Source of the DNA: Callorhinchus milii
Lineage: Eukaryota
Direction of reading: 5' to 3'
Assembly: GCF_018977255.1 (NCBI RefSeq)
Contig: NW_024704750.1
Coordinates: forward strand, 3,968,001 to 4,032,000
Length of the DNA: 64,000 bases
Numbering within the stretch: position 1 is the first letter of the stretch; each line of letters begins with the position of its first letter. This document shows, piece by piece, positions 1 through 23,859 of the stretch. The notes beneath the pieces were generated by a model. It searched no databases, was not told where the DNA came from, and was given only the letters and a program-made list of their open reading frames with translations. The translations under genes were made by a program, and so were the position numbers.

Positions 1-235
1 CAAGGACTGACTGAACTAAGTTTTACAGGACTGGACATACCACACAGTTGGACCTTATTTACAACCCTTCCAACACATCACTTTTATTTACTGATAGGAT
101 TGGATTTTATTAACCAATCTTTAAATCTGCAGCATCGAGGAATAATTTGGAGACCTTTTTGATTGACTGTAATTGAACAAAATATCAAAGCCATTGTTAA
201 ACCTACATTAATTACTCCACGAATGTGCTACTTAC

Positions 236-2519
236 TTGGTTTGTATGACACGGGCTTGTTCTGCTGACGCAGCTTCCGGGCAAATTGTCTCTTTCACTTG
301 GAGCTGTGGTTCCACTTCCTCCAGCACAGACTTCTTCAGGATGAAAGATCTGGTATCACAACTTATTCTGGTTTCTATAGGTTTCACTGGAAATTTGAAA
401 CAAAGTAGATATTTTCCAGTTTTAAACCAATTAAACCTATTGATAGCCCTGAACATAAGTTAGTGTGTGGGTAAAGTAAAATCACTGAGCATGCATAGAA
501 TAGAGAAATACGCTTGTCCTATTACTTTTCTTTAAAAAAAGGTAAGAATCAGGGTTGCCGATGGTTAGAAACAAAGTCCAGTATTAATAATACTAATCCT
601 TGCGTTTGATATAGAGCTTTTCATGTTTTCTAGACTTCTCAAACCGCTTCACAGAATAATAATAATAATAATAATCCTTGCATTTGATATAGCGCTTTTC
701 ACGTCGGGAGGATGTCCCAAAGCGCTTCACAGAACATACTGTAAAGTGAATTGATTGTATATTTGTGGGTAAAATGCAGCAGCCAATTACGCACAGCAAT
801 GTCCCACAAACAGTCGTGGAATGAAGTGACCAATTTACTATTTTTTTTCTTGAGGGATTATTATTAAGCGCGTGGAGTAATGAAACTTGCCCAAGGTTTT
901 GCCCTGCCGGGAATCGAACCCAGGTCTCTAACTTGCAAGACGAGTGCTCTTACCACCGAGTTGCAGGACTCCACATGACTTAAATATGACAGGTCTTAAT
1001 TGAATAATACCTCCTGGCAAAGGATTACTGATGGAATGATATCCCAACACTACTTCATTAACTTTAAGACGGAATAGGAATAAAAAGGTTGTAAAAAGCT
1101 CTATCTATTCAAACAAAGAACCAATCGGTTCTAAATTACAAAGCCCAAGTCTGATCCAAATTAAACCACACACTCACTTTCACTAACATTTAGTTACTTT
1201 ACTCTTGGTTGGTAGAGCCTTGAGACATGTTGTTGTTGTTGTTGTTGTAGCCTATCATCCCACAAATAATGTAAAATTAATTTCATTCTTACAATAATGC
1301 TTTTGTACAAGCTGTTCATCCACATCGATCTGGAGTGGTGAGCCAGGCTGCTGTGGTTTATCTTCTACCTCAATCACTTTCACTTCAGTGTCTTGTTGTG
1401 CACGGGTTCGAGGAGCCACAGGAACAGTCTGCTTCACAAACACTTGAAACAAAATAAAAAGCCACACTTACAAACGAGACAATTATAATTTAATAATTTT
1501 AGATATTTCAAGCATCAAATACATTATCCACAGAAGAACTAAATCACTTGAGATGTCCTCCTGACATGAAAGGCGCTAAACAAATTTTGTATTGATGATT
1601 TTGTGGGTTATAATGAATTTCTAAAGGGAGTATTCCACTGAAGCTTGTGCGCCTTATACTGAATTGCCCCATAAACAGTGTATTAGTAAAGCTGGTGGTA
1701 TATATTACAAACACTGGGTTCATTTAAGAACAGAAACATGCTACAATGGGAAGATGGTTGGCATTTTGGAAGGTGACATTTTCTTTGATTCATACCATGT
1801 TCCATGTCAAAAATCTAGACAGTGAGTTTCATGGCTTTCCTTTTGACTCTATCGTAACTATATCTAAAATTTGCTGTTATGTTTTAGAGAACAATGGGAG
1901 ATGGAAAAACATCTCCATTGATTGATTCAATTATCTTTCAGATTTGCAAATTACCAGTGGTATACTATTTCACTCATTTCTAGTCTCATTTTAATATTCC
2001 AGACTTCCTGATACAAAATGGAAAAGTGCTATGAATCACAAAATAGTATATCATCAACAACCAGCTCACCAAACAGAGGGCTGTCTACATAATAGTTCAA
2101 CAAAATATATACCCTAAATAGCTTACAGCAAAGAAAGAAGCCATTCAGCATTTGGGATCTACATTTTCCTTCTTTCCCTTTACCCTTTCATCTTGTTGCT
2201 CTTCAACTGCCTATCCAATTCTCTTTCAAATTCTTTGCTAGAACTAGTGGCTTTGCCTAGTGTGTCTCCTCAGAGCCAATTTAGCCCCACGGAGATCATA
2301 CTTTAGTTCAGCTTTAGAGCAAACAAAAAAGGATTCTAATATCACAGTCTGAATATCGTTCAACACAATCGTAAATACAAAAAAAGCACTCACTGACTGA
2401 TATACAAGTCTACATTACCTTGTGGATAGTTTGTTGTGTTGCACACAGACTTTTGGGCCTCTGTGATTGCTTTCAGGATTAGATTCTTATTGGCCTGTTT
2501 GGAAGGTGGCAAAGTAGGC
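236..2519 (-). CDS. ZC3H14: ZC3H14 (zinc finger CCCH poly(A)-binding protein, Nab2 orthologue), downstream exons; gene continues off the left edge
   Basis: Exons 2519-2419 (PTLPPSKQANKNLILKAITEAQ), 1442-~1293 (VFVKQTVPVAPRTR; donor less certain) and 386-236 (DTRSFILKK) match motifs of vertebrate ZC3H14. AG/GT boundaries and phases are consistent. Confidence 0.9.
655..972 (-). mobile_element. tRNA-derived SINE (DeuSINE/AmnSINE1-like tail), near full length
   Basis: Minus strand: head with TGGTAAGAGC and GGTTCGATTCC (A/B-box-like), body AATTGGCTGC, tail AAAAGCGCTATATCAAATGCAAGGA(TTA)n. A second diverged tail copy lies at 594-654. Confidence 0.85.
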
Positions 2520-2918
2520 CTCAAGAACAAAGAAAACCAGTTAATTCAAGATGAGTTTCTTTCCAGGTCTTTTTGTTTAAAAATAAAATTTAAGCAAAGA
2601 AACCTCATTGCAGGCTATTAATCCAGTTGCGTAATGTCCAGAAATTCTGTAGGAAAGTCCATTTATTCACCCAATCCTGTCCTTCACTTTCCGTAACACC
2701 TTGAGCTAGGTGTGCTGACTATGTGTGAGCTATTTCCAGAGTAATTCTGTCTACATCATAACAGCAGAGTCTATGCTTAAACCTTTGCAGAAAAGACAAC
2801 ATCTGATTTGTGTAACTACTCTTTTTGTGTGAACACTGTGGGTCTATCAACATTTATTGTGGGTCTAACAATTATTAAAGAGGAATTCCAGGCNNNNNNN
2901 NNNNNNNNNNNNNNNNNN

Positions 2919-3035
2919 ACCCCCCCCCCCTCCCCCCCGGCTCCCCCCCCCCCCCCCCCCCCCCCCGGGCCTCCCCCCCCGGGCCTCCCCCCCCCTCCCC
3001 CCGGGCCTCCCCCCCCTCCCCCGGGCCTCCTCCCC
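2919..3035. repeat. C-rich low-complexity array (CCGGGCCTCCCC units)
   Basis: Repeated cccgggcctccccc directly after the 25-N gap; reverse complement of the array at 7786-7871. Confidence 0.85.
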
Positions 3036-3167
3036 GCAATGGCGTTTAATCAACGGATTTTTTTTTCTCGAACAAAAACGATGGCCCCCGAAAGCGGTTC
3101 AGTACCTCCCACTCAACCACAGGGACACGTCTCCGGGTTTCACGGTATTTGGAGAAAAACTGTATGT

Positions 3168-3902
3168 GCCCCCACACCCCACACCACACACACACCCCCA
3201 CACCACACCCCACACCCCCCACACACACACCAACAACCCCCACACCCCACACCCCCCACACACACACCCCCCCCACACCCCACACCCCCACACNNNNNNN
3301 NNNNNNNNNNNNNNNNNNNNNNNNNNNNNNNNNNNNNNNNNNNNNNNNNNNNNNNNNNNNNNNNNNNNNNNNNNNNNNNNNNNNNNNNNNNNNNNNNNNN
3401 NNNNNNNNNNNNNNNNNNNNNNNNNNNNNNNNNNNNNNNNNNNNNNNNNNNNNNNNNNNNNNNNNNNNNNNNNNNNNNNNNNNNNNNNNNNNNNNNNNNN
3501 NNNNNNNNNNNNNNNNNNNNNNNNNNNNNNNNNNNNNNNNNNNNNNNNNNNNNNNNNNNNNNNNNNNNNNNNNNNNNNNNNNNNNNNNNNNNNNNNNNNN
3601 NNNNNNNNNNNNNNNNNNNNNNNNNNNNNNNNNNNNNNNACCGCCCACACCCCCACACACACCCCNNNNNNNNNNNNNNNNNNNNNNNNNNNNNNNNNNN
3701 NNNNNNNNNNNNNNNNNNNNNNNNNNNNNNNNNNNNNNNNNNNNNNNNNNNNNNNNNNNNNNNNNNNNNNNNNNNNNNNNNNNNNNNNNNNNNNNNNNNN
3801 ACCACCCTCCCACCACACACACACCTCACACACACACCCCCCACCCCCCACACACACACCCCCACCCCCACCACACACACCCCCCCCCCCACACACACAC
3901 AC
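3168..3902. repeat. CA/C-rich low-complexity sequence interrupted by N-gaps (3294-3639, 3666-3800)
   Basis: Irregular cacaccccacac repeats flanking assembly gaps. Confidence 0.85.
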
Positions 3903-4282
3903 GTCATGACTATCAGACCAGTAGTTCTAAGTCTGGTGTGATGTCGGACGGTCGGTTTAGTTCCTGTGTTTTTCTTCCGCTATAAAAGGGGTTACGAAAG
4001 AGTGATAGGAATGAGAATCCGGTTGGATTTTTCTCTTTTTTTTTCATTGGTAAGTCTCAGAAGTTCTCAGGATCCTCATACTCCGGATTCGTCATCACCA
4101 GCAGGAGAGCTTGTTTTGTTACCTGGATCTCATTGGAACCTGTTCACCCAATAGGCTATGCACATGTGGCCAAATAGATGAAGAAATATAACTTTGATCT
4201 GTAGGATTATATGGAATAATTTATAACATCCTGGTGAAACTTTTAATTCATGGAAGTAAATTAATCTGTATTTAATTTTCAG

Positions 4283-7200
4283 ACTGCAATTAAAGGAAAA
4301 CTACAAGAGCTCGGGGCTTACGCAGGTACAGTATAAATGATGCTGTGTGTCAATATTTTACTTATAATAAATCACAAAACAAATAGTCTTTGCATTTGAT
4401 AGAGCATCTAAAATGTCAACATCTCAAAGCACTTTACAGTAATTACTATTAAATAGGTTGAATGCAGTAGTTGTGCTGATTTGAAGAACACAGTCCAGTT
4501 GACAGTCAATAAGGTGTTTCTCGACACTTGCCAAATCTCTCGCAGCTACAAATTGCTGCTTATAAATATTTCTTGAGTTAGGGATACACTGTTCTCGTGA
4601 ATATGGATCATTACCCGAGGAACTCATGCAAAATTAAATCCGGAAGTTTTTTTTTCTTCTAAGTGTGCTCACAGGCTTAAGATAAATAACTGGACACATC
4701 TTGTTTAAATTATTTCCTTTTACACTTTATAACTTTATTTCCTTAATTCTTCTTCTGAATGTGTAGATGAAGAACTTCCTGACTATATCATGGTTATGGT
4801 AGCCAATAAGAAGAGCCAACAACAGATGACTGATGATCTCTCTCTGTTCCTGGGAACCAATACAGTGAAATTTACTATATGGTACTTTTGTTTTTGCTTT
4901 GACAACAATAGCACGTGAATTCCCTTTCTGTTCTCAACACACCGGTGTCATATATTCTTTCCCGTATGATACCTGTGTTTTAGTTATAGAAAGTCAGCGT
5001 AGCTTTATTTTCTTGTAAAAACAATGGCCTGTCCTATTACGGTAGTTGCTTGGCAATATCGTGCCTTATGTAAAATCAAGAATTGTTTCGCTTGCTGTGA
5101 TAATAAAGGGTATAGGGAAGGATAAGAGTAATGTAATTGGAGTATATAACTGGTGGAAAGCTGGCACCAGCACAGAATGGCTCAGAATGGATGTTAATTA
5201 ATAATAATTATTATTTTTATTATTAGAGTGTTGATGTGTTGCTATTTTTATTTAGGCTGCATGGTGTCCTTGACAAGCTACGCTCTGCAACTGTTGGTAA
5301 GTACCTATATAGCTCATTTCACTTTTAAGGTACGTACAACTTTTTATTTTAAACATAATTTTTTTTCACAAGCGACAGCTTTCACATGCAAAAGAAATGA
5401 ACAGTATTTTGACTTTGAAGCTTCAGAATTCAAGTTGACCAGTTTTGTTGTTGAGAATTTTTTTTTCTCTTTTTACAGAGCCCACCGGCTTGAAGTCAGC
5501 ATCCGACTACACAGACAGCATATTATTCTCATCTTCAGAGAAAATTCAAGCAGCTGTCAGTGGGAGCAGTGATCTGAGGATTGATGATGTTCGTAAACTT
5601 GCTGTCTCTAGCACACGCTTTGAAAAAAATGATTCTCGAGTTACCACAAGCTCATTACATGAGCAGACAGTAGCCAGTGTCAGGTAGGAGAGATAATAAT
5701 ATTTGCTTTTGTTATAGTGCCTTATCATGTTGTCGAGATGTCTCAAATGGCTTCACAGGAGATACTGTAAAGTGAATAGTTTGTATATTTTGTGGGTGAA
5801 ATGCACAAAATGATAGTACAATAAAATCATAATTAATAATTGATTAGATGTACTAATGCTGTTGTCCTTAAGCATTGAGTACCTTCAGCTGCAGGTTGGG
5901 TAAGTGTTGTGGTTGATAAAATAAGCTTTAGCAATGTATAGGTAGAAAAATTGGAGAAAAATCAAACTAGTTTGAGATCTACAATATCTTGAATGGAGAG
6001 TGAACAGAAAGCTTAAAATTATACTCGGTTGAAAACTTGTGTGAAAGCTCTGTTTAGTTGGTTAAAACATTGCTCACTGTGTGGAGCAGCAAAGACCAGA
6101 AAGGCTCATTTTTCTAACCCAAACCTATTAATTTACAAAAACTATCTTGGAAATTCATTAAAGCTAGTGATTTTGTTCAATACTTTGCAAATTAAAAATA
6201 GAATTTCTTACTTTGTTCAATTATCCTCTGCTTTGTTGATCTTTCCCGAATCAATCCCAGTGCTACATTTTAGTACAAAACACGCTTATATGATGAGTCC
6301 GTGAATAAAATTTGACATAAAATTCTTTGGCTCTGTATACTTTTCACTGTTAGTGTTCTGATTGACAATGTGCGGTTAATGATTTGCATTGATTCTGTTT
6401 GTCTGAATGGATAAATTCCTCAATTGTTCTGGTTTCTTACTTCAACGCAGGCCATCCTCTACTGAGAGAAATGCATCTCAGTTAATGTCAACCGTGAAGC
6501 CCTTAATGGAGCCAGTTTCCTCTGAAGCAGTGATTGACATCAAACCTGAACTAGATGATCTGATAGATGACGATCTGAACATTTTGCAGGACCTTCCTGC
6601 GGCATCCAAGAAGAAGCCTGTGGTGACATTTACCTACAATGTTTCTCATCCAACGTTCGAGGGTTACAGGCCATCAGAAAATGTTACCCAGCACTGCAGG
6701 GCATCTGAGAGCAGCGTCCAGTCTTACAGGGTGCCTCAGAACAATGTGCAGGCGTGTAGGCTTGGGGAAAGCAACCCGCCAAGCTACAGACCAGAATGTA
6801 CTGGCCACACTTACAGATCACCTGAAGGTGTCTTGCAAACGTACAACAGGCTATCAGACAGTGGTTTACAGATCTACAGGTCCTCAAAATCTAGCGTGGA
6901 TCGACCAAGTAGAGATGTGAGTATCATTTCCTAACTGAAACTGGTTAGATTGGGAATCCCCTGGGCTTATTCTTTCTAATGTTTGTCTGACGATTGATCT
7001 CATGTTACTTTTACAGGTTTGTAAGGTTTAATTTGGTAAATATGTTGATAGTTCACGCTTCAGTGATACCTGACAAATCAGCCACGTAATCTCAATTGTG
7101 CTGTTGTTGCATTCGCCCACAAAATATATGCGGTCAATTCACTTTACAGTCTATTAAGTGAAACGCTTTGAGACGGCGAGAAGACGTAAAAAGCGCTATA

Positions 7201-7611
7201 TCAAATGCAAGGATTATTATTATTTATTATTATTTGGATTCGCCTCCGTGCGATGTATCAACACAACAGTCACTTAGATCATATAAGACTGTATTTCTTA
7301 TTGGGTACCTGATGATTTTAACACTCCAGAATTTAGTCTATTTAATGCATTCCCTTTGTAAAATGTATTGCTACACTTATTTTTGGATAATTTTTAAGAT
7401 AAAATTGTAAAGATAATGCTAAGAATGGGTAACTGTTACATCCTCTTTTGTTTCTCTAGGACGAGACTGCTCGGAAAAGAAAGGGGCCAATCATCAGCTC
7501 TGTGGTTAAAGTGAACAAGACGAGTGATGGCGAGGACGAGGAAGATGATTATGGTTCAAGAACGGGGAGTCTTCCCAGCAGTATCTCGGTCCCAGCAAAG
7601 CCCGAAAGAAG
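4283..7611 (+). CDS. ZC3H14: ZC3H14 exons 2-7 (N-terminal PWI-like domain and following region), inverted relative to the rest of the gene
   Basis: Exons 4283-4325 (TAIKGKLQELGAY), 4767-4881 (DEELPDYIMVMVANKKSQQQMTDDLSLFLG), 5256-5296 (WLHGVLDKLRS), 5479-5683, 6451-6916 (SEAVIDIKPELDDLIDDDLN) and 7460-7611 (RKRKGPIISSVVKV...SSISVPAKPERR). All GT-AG. Confidence 0.93.
7100..7233 (+). mobile_element. SINE 3' fragment, same family
   Basis: tcgcccacaaaatat...aaaagcgctatatcaaatgcaaggattattat. Confidence 0.8.
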
Positions 7612-7785
7612 GTACCAAAAGCAAGCGTTCCGACTGTTAAATTCATTTTTTGTTAAGTGGTTCGCAATACAGTACACTGTTGCCAATCCATTTCCTGTGC
7701 CAAGTTGAGATGCTACATGAAATTGATGCAGGTAAAAAAAACTATTTTGGTTACAATTTTGTTGTGATGCATTAATGTTGTTTCA

Positions 7786-7871
7786 GGGGAGGGGGGGGGG
7801 GGGGAGGCCCGGGGGGGGGGGGGGGGGAGGCCCGGGGGGGAGGGGGGGGGGGGGAGGCCCGGGGGGGGGGG
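7786..7871. repeat. G-rich array (GGGGAGGCCCGG units)
   Basis: ggggaggcccggggg repeated; inverted counterpart of 2919-3035. Confidence 0.85.
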
Positions 7872-7953
7872 TAACGGCACCTCACAGGGTGGAGGGCGGT
7901 GATGTTGGGCCCTCTCCCCCCAGGAGGCCGAGCCCGAGGCCGAGGCCGCTCAC

Positions 7954-7989
7954 CCTGATCTTGCGGCTGATCTCAGTGCCTATTTCCAT
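7954..7989 (-). CDS. ZC3H14: ZC3H14 exon 1 coding part (MEIGTEISRKIR)
   Basis: Reverse complement reads ATG GAA ATA GGC ACT GAG ATC AGC CGC AAG ATC AGG|gtgagc, matching the known ZC3H14 N-terminus. It lies in a CpG island. Confidence 0.93.
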
Positions 7990-8135
7990 ACCGCCCTCTG
8001 TCTGTCCGTCTGTCTCTCGCCGCCGCTCTCGCGTCTCCCCGCAGTGAGCCGCCCCGGAGGCTGCCGGGAACTACCGAGCGCCATTCGTGTCAAACCCGTT
8101 CCGTTCGCGCGATTTCAAAACATTGACCTCAAACG
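7990..8135 (-). promoter_or_regulatory. ZC3H14 5'UTR / CpG-island promoter
   Basis: CpG-rich stretch upstream of the ATG. Contains GGGAACTAC (ZNF143-type), CGCCATT (YY1-type) and TTTGAAATCGCGC on the minus strand (CHR/E2F-like). Motif roles are inferred. Confidence 0.6.
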
Positions 8136-8139
8136 CCGT

Positions 8140-8557
8140 CCACCACCACCATCACCACCACCCTCTACCCCCCCACCCCTAACCCCCCCCACCCCCCCCT
8201 CTAACCCCCCACCCCTAACCCCCCCCACCCCTACCCCCCCTCTAACCCCCCCACCCCTACCCCCCCCTCTAACCCCCCCACCCCTAACCCCCCCACCCCT
8301 ACCCCCCTCTAACCCCCCCACCCCTAACCCCCCCCCACCCCTACCCCCCTCTAACCCCCCCACCCCTAACCCCCCCACCCCTACCCCCTCTAACCCCCCA
8401 CCCCTAACCCCCCCCACCCCTACCCCCCCTCTAACCCCCCCATCCCTAACCCCCCCCCACCCCTCTAACCCCCCCATCCCTAACCCCCCCATCCCTAACC
8501 CCCCCCCTCTACCCCCCCACCCTCTAACCCCCCCCACACCCCACCATCACACACACA
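8140..8557. repeat. C-rich minisatellite with CCCTAA (telomere-like) cores
   Basis: Repeated cccctaacccccccacccctacccccc units. Confidence 0.8.
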
Positions 8558-9569
8558 GATTAAAGCCAGAAACTGAAATCGTTTCACTGAATTTGATTTT
8601 TTTTTCTTCAGAAGAACATTAAAGAAGTCTGTCGTGGGCTCAATGCCCGGTCGGTCCGCCTGTTCGGGTGGACCTTACGGATCCCGTAGCGCTGTTCAAG
8701 AAGAGAAGGGAGTGTCTCCTGATGTTCCGGCCAACAATTCCCCAAATAAAAAATTGGTCCCTCACTCCACGTAACCCTCATCCGTATGGAGTGCAACTCA
8801 GTGCACTTCAGCTTCACAGGTTTCCCCGAACAGTTCGTATGATCGATCGCTCTCCATCCATCTATTTCCAATGTTACTAAAATGATTCGGCACAAAGTAT
8901 TCTCAAAAGTAGGGATTTTGTTCTGGATTTATTGTCATCTATCTTTTAGCTATTACACCAGGAATGAACGAACATATGTCCCACCGATCATGATCAATCT
9001 CATGCTCTAAATTTGGAGATTATGTCTGATATTTATCGGATGAAAGTTGCGAGTTTAGTATTTTAAATATTTCCAACAACGGTGGAATGGAAATATTTAT
9101 CTATTTTAATATAAAGTATTAGACGGTTGTATTCATAGAATTTTTTTTTAAAGCATTCAAGAATCTACAACTTGGAAAAGGGCAAAACAATTCTAATGTT
9201 TTAAATATTAATTTGGTTATGGATGTTCCAAAATATTTTATAACTAAGAAACAAGCGCACAACTAAAATATTGTTGCTACTCTTAAATCGGAGGTTATGA
9301 ATTAAACAGGATTTTTTAAACAGTACCATTTTTGTGTAGATATTAAGACAAAGCTTTCCTTTGCATTAGAGTTCCATGTCAAATATTTAGGTTTTTGTTA
9401 CAAACAAATGTTGATATTACACGAAAGTAACAAGTGATATTTGTCATACAATATGAAATTACAGGATTGATATCCAGTTCTAGTGATAATGGACGGCAAA
9501 CCACCACCACGTGGTCGCATTTGAAAATAAATAAAACATTCTGGAGATCCACAGCATCTATGAGATATG

Positions 9570-11915
9570 CAAACGTTTAATTTACAACTCTTTATTGCAA
9601 TATCTTCTGACACTGGTTTCATTACGGTACTAAAACACAAGTATGGGAGAGTGGATGAAAAGCGGTCGGGTGAAGAACGTGCTACAGACATAAGCTGAAT
9701 TTTTTTGTGTCTAAAATTCTATGGTTCTGTAGTATAACTGATCTTGATAGAAGATTGCAGTACATTGTACAATAGTGATTTCAAAGAGCGATTCTGCGCT
9801 TTTGTGCAGTTAAAACAATTAATCATTTGCTTTGTATACACTAAAAAAAGCTAGAGGCAACTGCAAAAAGAATAGTGTGGCAACTTTTTTTAAACTTGCT
9901 GGCAGCCCAGAACTAATTTATATTTAGTTACGAACTTGGAACCGACATGGTAACCATGTGCTACTGGAAAATCCTAACAACTGAGTGGATTCAGTTGTTT
10001 GCCATTGATTAACAGTGCAGTTGCTGGTAGTCAGTTAAATGTATGTTGTTGGCATTAAGTATACATTTCAATAACATCCGGCACGTAAGTATGTGTAGTG
10101 ACATCAGGTATCCAGTGAAGATGTAGAGATAAGGAAGGTGTATTTCAACCTTGGAAATATCAAGAAATAGCTTGTAGGAGCAATGACCAAAGTAGTATCT
10201 ATAAATATTTAAAATGTACATTGCATATATTTATTTCCATAGCAGAATATAAACTGAATCTCTTTTCCATAAACATATTACATAATCAATTCAGTTCAAA
10301 TACAATCTGTACATTGTTTCACAAACTTTCAAAATTCACAAAATATCGTAGGTCAGATTTGTAAAACCATAAATCAATATGCAAATCATACAATACTCAA
10401 TATGAATGGATAACTGAACACTGATAAAATGGTATGGCATACATTGACAAAAACATACATGCAGTAGATTAATCTTCACGACTAACCTTCATGAAGTGTA
10501 ACCCTGTTCAATTAAATTTAGAACATGGTGTAAACTGCTTCTACATAATTTCTATACATGAAAAACATTACAAAACATCAGATTGTCCTTCATATTTCCA
10601 TGATTTCTGTCCTATAACAGGACGAGACTATTCTTTTGACTCATTACATGCACCAATAGCTATTGAAATTCATAAAACAGGTGGATCGTAGTGTGAAGAA
10701 TTATCAAACATGAATAAGTTTGATGAGGAACATGGATACTACAAAGGAACCCTTCACTTTAACGTTTTGTAAACTTACTATTTAGCAGCAGTCTCACGAT
10801 GCACCACACCTCCCGGAGTTTAAATTCATAATGAAGTTGTTTACTTCAGTTTTACAATGAAAATTTCACACAAAAGCCAGTTGTGTGCAAAGTACCTAAC
10901 TATCAAATGGGTATAATATTAAAATATTTTGCAGACTTGAACCCAACTTTCATATGAGCTAAAAGATTTAAATATGCAAGGCAAATGCTGCATTGTTAAA
11001 ATAGAAAATGTGTTAATGGCGAATACAGCTGTTAAAATGGGTAAAAGATTATGTAATTCAATGAATTACATAAAACCACAGATTCTATTGAATTTGTAAG
11101 CCTATCTGAACAAACTGTCTATTCAAAACATAAATAGGATTTACTTTTTAAACTGAATCATTCCACCTCACTTAGTAAAAAGTGGAACTCACAATCTTTA
11201 TATTCATCCCTTTTGTAACCCTTGAAACGTAATATACCTAATGGAACATTTTACACATTCTGTGACCAGCCCTAGAAAGGTAAAATCCCAACTCAAACCA
11301 TTATTTCCTCCATTTGAATCAGTTCAACTTACTTTTTAAAAAGCAGCAATTCACATTCACTCATTCTTTTCTCACATCATATCCTGTCACTGCACTTTAT
11401 TCCAAACTAACATTCCCTGTTATACCCAACAATCACTTCCAGGAAACTAAAGTATGTGCACACTAAAACTTGATAAAACTATAATGGCCTGTTAGTTCAC
11501 AGAGCATGAATTTATTTACTTTTATATATTTTATCAGCTACTCTATCCACTAATCTATAACCTATACTAATTACATAGAAAGACTTACAAAACAAAGCCT
11601 TCACTTCGTAGAATAAAACATTCACTTCATAAATATTCCCCACCTGACATTGTTTAATCCCTACTTTTCCAAACATTTGCCAATGTAGGTTTTTGTATCA
11701 AAGGTAACAGAACACATGAATATATGTATTTGAAAAATATTTCTCAAAATACTTGCTACAATTTTATAATGGAGTTTAAAATGTTGACTTCTAAATAACC
11801 ATTCTGTGGATGTATTTTTCTACCACTACCCAGTAGGAGGGGAGAGTTTTTACTTCATTTGAAACTAATCTACAACCAACTATTTTATTCGCAACACACA
11901 TTCAAGGACTCGGGA
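9570..11915 (-). other. Probable PTPN21 3'UTR with AATAAA at 9596-9591
   Basis: AT-rich, SINE-free stretch downstream of the stop codon. TTTATT at 9591-9596 on the plus strand. The end position is inferred. Confidence 0.45.

Positions 11916-23859
<11,944 letters not shown>

Noticed and set aside
880-972. tRNA gene
   Set aside because: A/B-box-like motifs are the head of a SINE; no complete cloverleaf seen.
2808-3985. Long proline/histidine- or glycine-rich ORFs (formin-like appearance)
   Set aside because: Translations of low-complexity repeats and N-gaps in ZC3H14 intron 1.
4283-7611. Second ZC3H14 paralogue or pseudogene on the plus strand
   Set aside because: No exon is duplicated; plus- and minus-strand exons are complementary parts of one gene with matching phases.
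8044-8622. 192-aa proline-rich ORF
   Set aside because: Product of the C-rich minisatellite; no splice or homology support.
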